The notes below the pieces were generated by a model, which saw only the letters and a list, made by a program, of their open reading frames with translations, did not search any database and was not told where the DNA came from. A program made the position numbers and the translations under genes. From the NCBI GenBank assembly GCA_050613775.1, contig JBODTK010000010.1, forward strand, positions 310,001 through 374,000: a stretch of DNA of 64,000 nt, in the 5' to 3' direction. Origin of the DNA: Neocallimastix sp. 'constans'. Its lineage: Eukaryota. This document shows, one piece after another, positions 30,570-44,437 of the stretch (within the stretch, counting starts at the first letter, position 1; every line of letters begins with the position of its first letter).

Positions 30570-32792
30570 TTTATTTTATTTTATTTTGTTTTTTTTTATT
30601 TTATTCAATCTATACTTTAAATTCTTATTCAATTATTTATTTTATTTTATTTTATTTTATTTTATATATAATTTAAGAATATTAACCGCATATTTATTGA
30701 TTTATTATACTTTAATTTATTGTATTTGCCCCCATAAATTTTAAAAGAAAATAAACTTTAGTTGATTTTAAACTATAAAAATTTTTAAAAAAAAAAAAAT
30801 ACCATTGCTTGAAATATTTTATTATTTTTGATGATAAATATTTAAATAAGAAAATTTTCATGAATAATTATATTAAAATTTTAAAAAAATATATTATTTT
30901 TTCGTAAAAAAAAAAAGTTTATGTTTTCAGAATGATTAAAAAATACTGATATATACACTTTTTTTTTTTTTAATTTATATATGGATTATTTAAAAAATTT
31001 TATTATATTCGATTATAAGGTTTTTTAAGCTCTCTTATATCAATTAATTTAAGAATTAACCTAATTATAAAAGGTTTCTTTTAATTTTGTAAAATTTATA
31101 GTTATAAATTAATATTATCTGTCATTTTTTAATTATTAATTATTAATTATAAAATACTTTAAAATATTTATTTAAATAATATACAAAAAAAAAAAAATTA
31201 AATTTGAATTGACAGTTTGTTAAAATGATTTATTATTGCTATATATATATATATATATATACATTTATATTTCTTTCATTTATATACAATACATAATTTA
31301 AGTAATTAATTTTCCAAAATTTTAGGTTAAATATTAAAATTAAAGTTAAATTAATGAAAGATTGATACTATTAAAAAAAATTCTTTAATGCTATCAATAT
31401 TTTTTTTTATTATTTAAATTATAAAAAGATTTTTATAATAATTATATTATCAATAATTTTATATATAATATATACAATCTTAAAAGGTTAAAAAAATTTT
31501 TTTTTTATTTTTTATTTTTTTTTCCATTATTATTTTCTTTCTTATTTCCTTCTATTAAATAATTTCAAGAACAAGTATAAAAGAAAGAAAAAAAATAAAA
31601 AACTATTCTAATTCATAATATTTAAATAATTGTTATTAAAAATTATTTTATTTAATTATTTTATAAAAAAAATGATTTTTAATAATTATTTAATATATAT
31701 TTAATATTATACAAAATTATATAAATAAATTTTTTTTTTTTTTTTTACTATAAATATCAATTTATAGTTTTATCTTTTAATCTTCTTAGTATATAAGTTG
31801 ATATCATTAAAATATGGCTTTTATATTATATTCATAAATTGCTTTATATATATCAATAAAACAATAATAATAATTTTTATTATTATTTACTATACAAAAA
31901 ATATTTGAAGTTCCTCTTATTTAAGTAAATGAATGTTGATATACAAAATAACATTAATACCATTTTATTATAATTAATATTTTATAATGAATATTTATAA
32001 AATTAAAAGAGAAGTTTATAAAAAAAATGTATTTATATTTATTATTATATATTTTTATACAGCTTTTTTTATATCTACCTTTATAGTGATATATATAATA
32101 AAATATATTATATATTTCATAAATATAATATTTTTTATATTTTAATTATTAATAAGATATATATTTTCTTTTGTTATTATTTTAGGCATTTAACGAAAGT
32201 GAATTTGAATAAATATGAATTAATAATATAAATAAATGATATTATATAAATTAATATATTGTATTAATATATTGATCTATTTAAATAAAAATCTTTCAAG
32301 AAAATAAATAATTCCGTAATAAATTTAATATACATACATATATTAATATATTAAGTGTATATAAAAAATATACTACTAATTATATTGCAAATATTAAATA
32401 TAATTTCAATATTTCAATAAAAGTTTTAGTAATGAAATATTTAATATAAAAACATACAATATATTTAATATTATGAATTCTATATATACTTTTTGTATTA
32501 AATAATATATTATATATTTTAATTGATAAATGGAATTTACATAATAGTTTATTTTAATAAATATAAAAGAAATAAAAGTAATTTTTATATATAAAGACAA
32601 ATATCTTCTGAATTTAATTTTTTTTTTTACTTCACTTAACATTATAAAAAAAATTATATATAATATATTAATAATAATATTTTATTAATATTTTTATATT
32701 AAAAGTGTAGGTTGTATTTTATTTTATAAATAAATAAATTAAACACTTAAAAAGTATTTATAATATTTTTTTTTTGAAAAAAAATTACAAAA

Positions 32793-34927
32793 ATGGCTGA
32801 AGATAATCATAATTTAAATGAAGTTTTAAGAGAATCTCACAAGCCAGCTTTAATTTTACCATACAGAGATGCTGAAACTAAGAAGGCTAATCCAATTTAC
32901 TTATATAGTACTGAATTAATTGAAATAATTGATAAACTTACTCAAGAAAAACCATTAAAGGATTTAAAGCCAAATGACAGAGTTGTTTTCCTTTTCCCAA
33001 ATTCTGTTGAATACATTGCTGTTTTCTTTGCTATTTTAAAGATTCAAGCTACTGCTTGTCCATTAAATCAAAATTACACTGTTGATGAACTTGATTTCTA
33101 TTTAAATGATCTCTTACCAAAGGCTGTTATTATTCCAAAGGGTGGTTCCAAAGCTGCTCATGAAGCTTGTAACAAATTAGGTATTCCACTTTACGAAATT
33201 GAAACAAAATTTGTTGAAAAAGCTGATGTAGGCAGAATTCCTTCTTTAACTTCAATTCCAGTTGAATTAGAAAACAAGACTTTAGCTTCTTGGATTACTA
33301 ACGATGATGCTGTTAAATCTAAGAAGAATATTGCATTATTCTTACATACATCTGGTACCACTGGTAGACCAAAGGGTAAACAAAAAATATTTCATTATTA
33401 TTAATGTTATTTATTTATTTTTTTTTTTTTTTTTTTTTTTTTGAATTTATTTATATATTAATTATTACTTAAAGAAAAAAAAAAGTTTAGTAATAAATTT
33501 AAATGTGGAAGTAAAATGATAGTATTAATAAAATTAATATGAAATATATTGAAAAATTTGGAATGTGTATATATAAAAAAAAATTAAAAAATACAAAAAT
33601 AAGGATGGTTTGAAATATATTTTATTTAAATTAATTAAAAATAGTAATATAAATAATAATTAAAAAAAAAATTTAAAATAATAATAATAATAATAATAAT
33701 AATGAATAATACGTCGGTTGTAATATCAAAATATATTTGATATTAATTATAAAATTAAAAATTATTAATTTGTCTCTTAATATATTAATATTATATATAT
33801 ATATTTTTTTTAAAAAAAATTATTAATAAATATGATAATTAATAAAATTTTAATTAATACTATAATTGTACTTTACAATAACAGGTGTTCCATTAACTCA
33901 CCACAATATCTTTGTTACCTTAAAGAATATTAAGGACTCCTTCGAATTAACTGAAAAGGATAATTACCTCTTAGTTATGCCACTTTTCCATGTTCATGGT
34001 TTAATTGGTGTTCTTTTAACTACTCTTTATGCTGGTGGTACAGTTATTGTTCCACCAAAGTTTTCTGCTTCTACTTTCTGGTTAGATTTTGTTGAATTTG
34101 AAGCTACCTGTTATTCTGCTGTTCCAACTATTCATCAAATTTTATTATTAAAGAAGGATCAAGACTTCCCAGGTAAGGAAAAGATTAGCAAATTAAGATT
34201 CATCAGAAGTTGTAGTTCTAGTTTAGCTCCAGCTACTCTTAAGGAATTAGAAGAATCCTTCAATGCTCCAGTCATTGAATCTTATGCTATGTCTGAAGCT
34301 GCTCACCAAATGACTTGTAACTTCTTACCACCAGGTATTCGTAAGGCTGGTTCTGTTGGTAAAGGTAGAGGTGTTGCTGTTGTTATTATGGATGATAATG
34401 GTAAAATTGTTGATAATGGTACTATTGGGGAAGTTTGTGTTGCTGGTGAAAATGTAATTACTGAATACTACAATAATCCAACTGCTACTGCTAACTCTTT
34501 CCATGATGATCCAACTGGCACTTTACCAAATGGCTTAAAATGGTTCAGAACTGGTGATTTAGGTTACAAGGATAAAGATGACTTCATTTTCTTAACTGGT
34601 AGAATAAAGGAACAAATTAACCGTGGTGGTGAAAAGATTTCTCCAATTGAAATTGATCAATACATTCTTCAATTAGGTAATGTTGCTGAAGTTTGTACTT
34701 TTGGTGTTAAGAGTGAAATTTATGGTCAAGAAATTGAATGTGCAGTTGTTGCTAAGGATGATTCTTTAACTGAACAACAATTAACTGATCATTGTAAGGC
34801 TAAATTAGCTGCTTTCAAGGTTCCAAGAAAGTTCTGGATTGTTAAGGAAATTCCAAAGACTGCTACTGGTAAGGTTCAACGTAGAGTTGTTTCTGAACAC
34901 TTTGAAAAATTAGCTGGTTCAAAGTAA
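32793..34927 (+). CDS. PCS60: Oxalate--CoA ligase-like acyl-CoA synthetase (PCS60/AAE3 family), 2 exons, 541 aa
   Basis: Exons 32793-33375 and 33885-34927, total 1626 nt. AMP-binding LFLHTSGTTGRPKGVPLTH, plus MPLFHVHGL, LRFIRSCSSSLAP, ESYAMSEAAHQMT, GRIKEQINRGGEKISPIEID and PKTATGKVQRR, typical of the oxalyl-CoA synthetase subfamily. Confidence 0.88.
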
Positions 34928-35739
34928 ATTTATTAATAATCAATATATTATGTTATTTATATATAATTTTTTTTTTTATCAATTGTCAATAATATAAAAT
35001 AAACAGAAAGTATTTTACCAATAATTAATATATTTAAAATATTAATTATTATTATAAAAATAAGTGAAAATAAAAAAAAAAAATAAAAAAAAAAGATTAA
35101 ACTTTTTTTTTTTTTTTTTTTTACTCTTCCATTTTGAAATATTAAAATTATAATAAAGTAATATAATTTTTTTATTTTGACAAAAAATAATAAAAGAAAT
35201 AATACTAATATTATTTAATAATATTTTCTCTTTAAAAAAATGTAAAAACCACAATTGCAATTCATTAAAAATTTTAAAATAAAGAAATATATCTGAAATA
35301 CAATTAAAAGCAAGCAAATAAAACAAATAAATGAGAAAAAAACTATTATAAAATAAAAGTTAGAAATAAAAAAGAAGAAAAATAAAATAGCAATTAATAA
35401 AAAATAAAAATCAAATAATCAAATAATAATAAAAAAATTTTTTTAAATAAAATGGTAGTTTGTTGTAACTGGTGTAAATGTTTTTTTTTTTTTTTTTTGA
35501 ATTATATATTATATTTTTTAATTTTATTTTTAACAGCAGTGATTTCGTTATTGAACGTCTTTTAGTTTCACATTTCTATAATTTAGTAAAATATGGTAAT
35601 ATATATAGTTAATTATTAATTAAGATTTACAAGTTTAATCGTTTGCAAAATGGAGTAAATCTAACTGGTATTATAAAGGATCATATTAATTAAAATTTTT
35701 TATTTCTTAACTTTTTATTATTTTTTTTATTTTTCCAAA

Positions 35740-36707
35740 TTTCAAGGTATTAAAGGTCAAAACTACGATAGTAATAAGTTCTCAAATAATAAAGCTATAA
35801 TTATATTTAGTTTAAAATATCCCCAATTCAACTTAGGGTTTTCGTGGTTTATACGTTTACGCTGTGGTTATAAATACAATACTACTATTGCTATTAGAAT
35901 GGGTAGAGTTTCAGAAGATTGTCCCAAGACTTGTCCCTGTTGTAGCGAAGGTAATCAATCTTTTAAACATTGGATTTTTAAATGCAATACTCTTGCATCT
36001 TTTAGATGGAATTCTTTAAATTTCATCGATGATCTCTATGTTTTGTTCGCGAGGAAGATTAGAATGTTAAATCATCTTTCTTCATATGATTCTATTTCTG
36101 ATTTTGATGAATATATCAATCATTATATATACTTGTTCCTTCTTGATGGAACTTTAGCTTTATATGAACTACATTTCAATAGTGGGGAACAGAGACAATT
36201 AAATGAACTACTTTTCAAAGGTTCATCTGAGTCAGTCACCTGTTCCAAAAATTGTGGGCTTGGCAGAATTCTTAACTAGCGCAATACCTATCATAAGTAG
36301 TTCGTTTGAGCTATTATTCGATAGGTATTCCAAAAAATCAAACTTAACCAAGAGCGTCGACGTCGTCGTACTGATAAGGCATAATGATAATACAGGATCA
36401 TCATCTATTTCTACGAAGAGTGAATCTCGCCTTAGTAGTTCAATAAATGATGAATCCGGGGTGTATTTACTGGACACCACACTATCTATTTTAAGGATGT
36501 TACTTCTAGGTTTTATTATTTTTTTATTTGTTAGGAAGGGAAAATTCCCGCATAATACAACTTGCTGAAATACATAGTACTTTTGAACTTTTTTATATTT
36601 TTATTTTTTAATTTTTATTTTTATTTTTAATTTAAAATGTACTTTTCACCTACGTGTATTTTTTATAATAAAATTAATAAATTTATGAAAGTGTATTCTA
36701 TTCCCTG

Positions 36708-36744
<37 letters not shown>
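35740..36744 (+). mobile_element. 5'-truncated LINE copy 1 (C-terminal CCHC region, 3' UTR, poly(A) tail)
   Basis: LRCGYKY...CPKTCPCC...SFKHWIFKC zinc-knuckle-like motif, frameshift near 36235, then GTGTATTCTATTCCCTGTCT followed by an A tail at 36711-36744. Confidence 0.75.
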
Positions 36745-36745
<1 letters not shown>

Positions 36746-37577
36746 ATTAATTAAGATAGTAATATATTTTTTTATTCATCCCCAATGAAATGGACTGTTT
36801 TTTCAGGTCCATTGAGGGTTTAAGGAAAAGGAATAGCTTATGTCAGGTGTACTAATTAAAGCTTTCTGTGATTCTGATGATAATCGATGATTATCTTTTC
36901 TAAAGTAGCTTCTAGTACGAAGAGTGTAAATTGGAATACTGGAAGACTGTTGAAAGTGAACTTGATGTTTTATTTCGTCCTAAACTGGATATGTAGTAAC
37001 ATTGGTGTTGTATAATTAATAATATCATGTAGTTTCTACATATTATCATTGTAATGAATCTATTGTATTTTTTGTACTTTAGTATTATTTTGTATATATA
37101 TATTTTCTATAGTATTATTTAAACTCTCAAGTAGCTATTTTAAAATGGAATCGTAGGAGATTGATTCACTCTAAAGCTTGTGTTTAAGACATTATTTAAC
37201 GGATAGGAATCTTTTTATAGTTTTTCACTACTAATATTATATACATTTTCATTTCAGTTCATTTATGAGTACATTAGAGTAAAATTATTTTATCAATCAA
37301 AGCTTTACTAATCAAATGGAATTTCAGAAACTCAAAAGTTAACAGAAAAAACAAAGCAGAAAAAAAGAGATTATTCATTACTACAAAATTCTTAAGTTGT
37401 TTATTTTATTTAATTTTAATCAATTCTTACACAAAGATAGGAACTTCATATTATTTTTTTATTTAAATTTTTTTACTTTATTTTTTATGTATTTTTTATT
37501 TATATCTATATTTCTTAATTTTTAGTATTTTAGTTTTTATTTGTTTCATTTTTTTAATTTGTAGTTTTTAGTTCATA

Positions 37578-38150
37578 ATGGAAAAGATATTTCATCGGAA
37601 TTCTCGCTGTTATGGAACATTTATTGACAACACAGGGTTGATTTTTATCCGTGGTATACACTCATGAACCAATATTAAAATGAAGGAATTTATTCATTCT
37701 AAATGCAAAATATTCAAGGATAATAATTTGTCAATGAAAAAAAATTACTAAATTTAATGATAGCTTCTTCAGGATAAAAGTATTTGTTCCAAATAATTGT
37801 ATTATCTCTGTATTACTAAGAGATATATCACGTTGTAGAGGTCATGCATAGGATATAAAAAGTAAAATTTTAGAATACAAATTAGATAAATTTCCATGAA
37901 AAAAAGCAATTGTAAATTTTTACTAGGATAGAGATATAGCATGAAAATCAATTAAAGCTAAGGGTTATAAGGAAAATGAATTTGAGAAAACTAGAGACTA
38001 CTTAAAGCTCAACTTTAAGTATCTTGAATATAGTATTGATTTCCTATGGGTACTTTATTCCAGATGTGGATATAAATTTGATACTCATGTTGCTAAAGCC
38101 ACCAATATAATTAAAGACGACTGTCCAGAATGATGTCCTTATTGTTATTA
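37578..38150 (+). mobile_element. Decayed LINE fragment, copy 2
   Basis: Stop-riddled translation RCGYKFDTHVAKATNIIKDDCPE*CPYC is homologous to RCGYKYNTTIAIRMGRVSEDCPKTCPCC in copy 1. Confidence 0.6.
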
Positions 38151-38439
38151 GACCATAATTTCTTTCAGATAGTCAATTCAAACCCTAATCCTGAATAAGA
38201 ATTCCATTTAAACAGAAACAGAAATCTTATAATTTGGAGGTGAGGTTCATTGGCATATGATCTTTTTTCTATATTTATTTATTCATTTTATTTTGAATAT
38301 TACTTTTTATTTTATATTATTCTTTAAAATTTTATTATTTTCTTATTAGAAAAATAAATTTTATTTTTTTTTTTATTAATTATTGTGTTAAATTTGGAAA
38401 AATAATTTTTTTTTTTTATTAATTTAGTGTTCTTTAAAA

Positions 38440-40016
38440 AACAGTGGTCTTTCTAATTGCATTAACTATTGTGGAATTTCATTAATTAATGTAAGTTTTA
38501 AAAATTATTTTAAAGGTAATAACAGATAGAATCTCAAAATATACATTTACGAATGAATCTAGAAAAACCTATACATATTTTGTTTTCGTAATCGCGAAGA
38601 ATGAATTAATCTTTATATTTCTATTAGAGAAATCCTTTAAGGAGGAATTTTTATATTTAGTATATATATGTGGCCTTCTTGGATCTTAAAAAGGTTTATG
38701 ATTCGGTTCCTATTTTCAACATTTTAAATTAATTGTTTCATCTCGTTATTTGTAGAAAAGGTTTTAATTTCCTTTATTATCTGTATTTATCTTCTAAAAC
38801 ATGTGCTCCTTTAATGATATGCTTTTAGACGAATTTGATATTCGTCGTGGAGTGCAACAAGATTTCTCCTATCTTATTTTTAATTTATTTATAAAAGATG
38901 TTTATATATACATATAAAATGCTATTTAGGTTTATTTGTAAACTATAAATTAAAATTCATTCGCAGAGTTAACTTTTTACTTAATTTTAGTTGTAAATGC
39001 GCTAAGCTTTGTCTAGAATTTAAATGGAAATTACGTATAAGATGTAGATATAAGTAAAATATCATTATTGCTTTCAGAAGTGGTAGAGTTACAGAATATT
39101 GACCTAGATGTCGTCCAGGTTGTGTTAATGGTGATCAGTCATTTATTTATTGGATATTTGAAAGCTCCACTTTTTCAAATGCTTGATTGAAATCATTAAA
39201 TTTCATCAATAACTTATTATTTTGTTTTTAAGTAAAAATAAGGAATTTACTTATACTCTCTTTCTACTCATCTAATTTAGATTGTGAAAAGCAAATTAAT
39301 GAATATATTTTTACATTCCTTCTTGTTAGAACTCTATATGTACGTCAATTCAATAATGAGGAACAAAGAACATTTAAAAGAATTTCTATTAAAGAGTTCT
39401 GGGTTTAATTTTCCATATATAGTTAATCTCATAGATCATTTTTCAAATACTATATCAGTCGTTTGTAGTTCTTTTGAGTTACTCTTTGTACTCTTTGATT
39501 GGTATAGTAAAAAAACCCTTCAAAACCAAGAGAGTTAACGTCAAATTGGTATAGCAAAAAAAAAAAAAAAAAAAAAAAAAAACCCTCTATTATTAGTCCT
39601 CCCAGTACATCTTACATAAATAATAATAATTGCTTTTTACACAACCAATCTCTTTGTTCGAGGGAGAGTATAGTGGTCTCCACACCATCTGCTTTATAGA
39701 TGTTTCTTGTTTATTTTATTTTATTAAATATTTTTGGAAGAAATGATCTCTATTTATCTCATAATACTGTAATAACTTTTAAATTTTATTTTTATTTTCA
39801 TTGTATTACATTAATTAAATTTTATTTTTATTATTTTTTTTATTTGATACATTTTTTATATATTCTTTTTTTATCTTAATAATATGTTTGTAATATAATT
39901 TTATGCTTAAATTATACAATATAGTTTTATTTTTTTATTAATTAAAAAATAAAGCAATAATGAAAAGTGTATTCTCTTCCTAGTCAAAAAAAAATAAAAA
40001 AAAAAAAAAAAAAAAT
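38440..40016 (+). mobile_element. Decayed LINE copy 3 with reverse transcriptase remnants and poly(A) tail
   Basis: RT remnants GISLINV (~38473), FRNREE (~38584), VAFLDLKKVYDSVP (~38669) and EFDIRRGVQQ...FNLFIKD (~38831). The C-terminal region (SSFELLF..FDWYSKK) aligns to copy 1; same terminus AAAGTGTATTCTCTTCCTAGTC plus A tail. Confidence 0.8.
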
Positions 40017-40813
40017 TAAATAAAATAAAATAAAATAAGATAAAATAATATAAATAAATAATATGATGAATATCGCACATTTCAAATGTAATTTTTATTG
40101 TTATTGTTATTTTTTTTTATATATATATATTTTAAAACATTTATATATTAATAATTAAATTTTGAGATTAAATATAATTTTATTATAAACTATTTTGTTA
40201 TTTAGTTATGATAATAATAAATATGGTCCAATGTATTTTTTTTTTATACATTTATTTTTTTTTTTTTATAAAAAAAAGTTGTCCATATAATATAAAAATT
40301 AATTAATTATTATTTATAAAAAATATAAAAATTTTATGTCATACAATAATGTATTTTATTAATTTTAGTGATTAATTTTTTGTATTTAATTTTATTGGCT
40401 TTTCATTATTTTAAAGAATACTGAAAAACTTTAAATTATAAATTTAATTAAAAAAAATTTTTTTTTCTAATAAAAAAAACTTTTATAAAAAAAAAAAAAA
40501 AAAAAAAAAAATAATTATACTATTAAAAATTAAATATTTTAAAAAATGTTTAAAAGTTATTCATTTTAATTTTGATTTAAATTTTATTGGAAGAAAGAAA
40601 GAAATAATTAAAAAAAAAAATATTTAAAAAATAAGATAATAAGATAATGTTTAAATAATAAATAATATATATATGAATTATTTAATTTATTATATTTTAG
40701 GACATTCATATTAATTTTAGTTATACATAAATAACTCAATAAGTATTTTTAACCTTCTTTTACACTTTTTTTTTTTTTTTTTAACATTCTAATAAATATT
40801 TCTTTACAAAGAA

Positions 40814-41154
40814 ATGCCTATAGAAAGTATGTTAATGTTTTTATTTAATATTTATATATTTTAATTTTTAATTGCTTAACTTTCGAATAAATAAATTTAC
40901 AAATATGTATAATTTTGAAATTATGTTATTCCATTCACATTGCTAACTATTATATTTATTGTTTATTAAAATAATAAATAAATCGTAAAGCCCATAAAAG
41001 TTCTTTTATCGAGTAAGTTTTTATATATATATTTAAATATTATTTTTTTATTTTAATTTTTAATTTTTAATAAATTAATAAACAAGTAAATTTTTAACAA
41101 TATATATTTATATATTTTAATTTTAATATATTAAATAGAGATTCGGTAATTTTC

Positions 41155-41185
<31 letters not shown>

Positions 41186-43713
41186 TACATTCTTATATAT
41201 AAAAACATACATTTTAAATATTAATTTAATATATAATATTATATATATATATTTTAATATATATTCGAATTTAATTCTATAATTTTAAATTTAGAATTTT
41301 ATAAATTATAATTTAAGTAATTCAAATTTCACTAATTCAAATTTTAAAGAATTTCAAAATATATCAATTTCAAATCTTGGATTTAAAAAATTTTATTATA
41401 AATTATCTCAAAAGGAAATAAATAATAATGCGGATAATGATTTTATTAATAATCGTAATAGCTATCTCATTTCTTTATACATAAAAAATCTATTAACTTT
41501 TGAAAAGAAAAAAAGTATATTTAAAAAATATTATTCATTAAATTCAATTTATAAGATGGGAAATGATATTAATTTCCTTTTCTTGAAAAATAATAAAAAC
41601 GAAAAAATTTATAATATCAATAAAAATTCGACAATGAAAAGTAATAACACATATAATAGTTCTAATAGTAATTTTGAATCTAATAAAAGAAAGAATAGTA
41701 ATAAAAATTCTGATGTAAGTAATGATTTAAATTCAAACGAAAATGGAAATTTAGATAATAATAGTAATAGCGGTAATAATGACAATGATAGCAATGACAA
41801 CCGCAGTAATGGCGACGGTAATAATGGCAATGATAATGGTAGTAGTAATGATAATGGTAATGATAATAATAATAGCAATAGTAATAATAGTAATAATGAT
41901 AATAATAATAATAACAATAATGAGGATAATAAAAATAATAAGGATCAAAGTAAAAATAATAAGGTTAAAGGTAAAAAAAAAGAATCCAATAAAAATAAAG
42001 AGAAAGAGAAGAATGAAAAAATTTCAGAAATAGGGAAAAAGAAAAAATTCAATAAAAAAAGAGGTAAATATAAAATAATATATATATTAATCGTTAATAT
42101 CAAAACGTAATATATATATTTTTTAATTAATAAGAATATTTTTATTATAATATTAATTTTATTACTTAAAGATGCCAGTACTTCAGATATTGACAACAAT
42201 AATAATATAATAAGAACATCTAATAAAAGTAAAATATCAAAATCTGCTTCTGATCATTCCATTGAAAAAATTAATGAAAATGTCATAAAAATTGATAATA
42301 TGAAATTAGAAATAAAATCATCAGATAAAGTTGAAGATAAGAAAAAATTGTCCAAGAAACAAAAATTAAAAAATATTGAAGCTAATACTGAAAATACTGA
42401 AAATAATATGAAAATAAGAAAATTAAGTAATAATAGTAATCATAACAGTAGCAATGATATAAATAATTTAACCCCTCCTCCTCTTCTTCAAATTATTAAT
42501 ACTACTGTTACTACTACTACTACTACTACTAATAATAATAATAATAATAATAATATTAATGAAAGTCACAGCCCGAAGTTATTAAAGGATAGTATGAAAG
42601 AATCAATAAAACTTAACAGTGATAATACGTTAAAATCCAAGAAGAAAACAAATACTGATGAAAGCGATAATAATAAAAATAAGAAGAAAAATAATGATAA
42701 CGATGAAAATATATTAAAATCAAATGAAATAAAAAAATCAGCAAAACCACAAGATATAAAGATTACAATGTTGAAAATAGAATTGCAAAAAAATAATGAA
42801 AAATTAATTCAAAATCAACCTAAAATAAAATCTATGACGAATAATTTCAAAAAGAATATTAATGTTATTGATAAAACTATAAATGATAATAATGCAGTAG
42901 ATGGAGAAGAAGATAAATTAAATTCAAATGAACAAAATAAGGAAATATTGCAGAATTCAAAGAATGAAATTATAGGTAAAAAACCACAAAAACGAAAAAA
43001 ATCTAAATCAGATATAATGGAGGAAAATAGTAAATATTTTTCAAAAAGGATAAAAGTTGCTATTAATAATAAAGATAATTCTAATAAATTAATGCAAGAT
43101 TTCTACAGAATAAATAATAATATTAGTAATAAAAATAATAATAATAAGTCATCTGATAAAGCTGAATTAATTTATAATAATGTCAAAAATAATGAAAGTT
43201 GTCAAAATACCCAGAATTCAAATCCTATCGAGACCACGGATTCTAATAATAATAACAATAATAAATTATCTAAATCCAGTGATACTGACTTGAATAATAA
43301 TAATGGAGAATATAAGAAAAAGAAAAAAGAAAATGATAATGATAAATCAAATAAAGCAATTAAAAGAAAATTAGAAGCTAAGGGCTTAGATTTGCGCGAA
43401 TCTAAAAAACGAATAATTGAGTCAAGTAAACTAATAAAATAATTATAATCCTATAATAATAATATTAAAATTAATAATAATAATATATAATATATGGTAA
43501 TAATATACTAATTTTATCTATTTTATTCTAATTTTATTTTATTTTATTTAATTTGCTTATTTGCTTATATACGATTTTATTATATGAATAAATTTAAAGA
43601 TAATAAGAAAATATTAAGATCAATGCTACTTAAAGATTTTAACTATACTTTAAAGAATAATAATAATAATAATGATAATAATAATAACAATAACAATAAT
43701 AATATTAGTAGTA

Positions 43714-43770
<57 letters not shown>

Positions 43771-44163
43771 GTAATAGTAATAATAAAGAAAAAAATGTAA
43801 ATATTCCAAAATTTAATATAGGAGATAAATTTGAAATTAATAATTTTAGAAATGTAAGATCACGTAATAAAATTTATTCAAAGGGATCTTCACCTAAATT
43901 GTCAAATAATGTTAATTATTTTATAAGTTATTTTAATTCAATAGACAAAACTAATCAAATTGATAAAACTTTAATGAATAAAAGAAGTAATGGTATTAGT
44001 AATAATAAACATAATAAAAATAATAAAGAATATGTAAACACCAACAATAATAATAGTAGCGTTAAAATTAGCAATCTAGATAATAATATTTCTTTTTCTA
44101 ATTCTATAAATTCTAATAATGATATAAAATCTAATACTAATATTTCTATTAATAGTGATAGTA

Positions 44164-44197
<34 letters not shown>

Positions 44198-44348
44198 TAA
44201 TAATAATCATTATAGTGATAATAATAATATTGTAAATAAAATAAATAATAGCAAAAATAAAAGCATTAATGATAATAAAATCATCTCTAATAGTAATACT
44301 GTTGACAGTAATTATAACAATACCAAAAATGATAATATTATTGAAGAA

Positions 44349-44437
<89 letters not shown>

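Noticed and set aside
38180..38192. AAACCCTAATCC as a telomeric or telomerase-template motif
   Set aside because: Single unit next to decayed LINE sequence.
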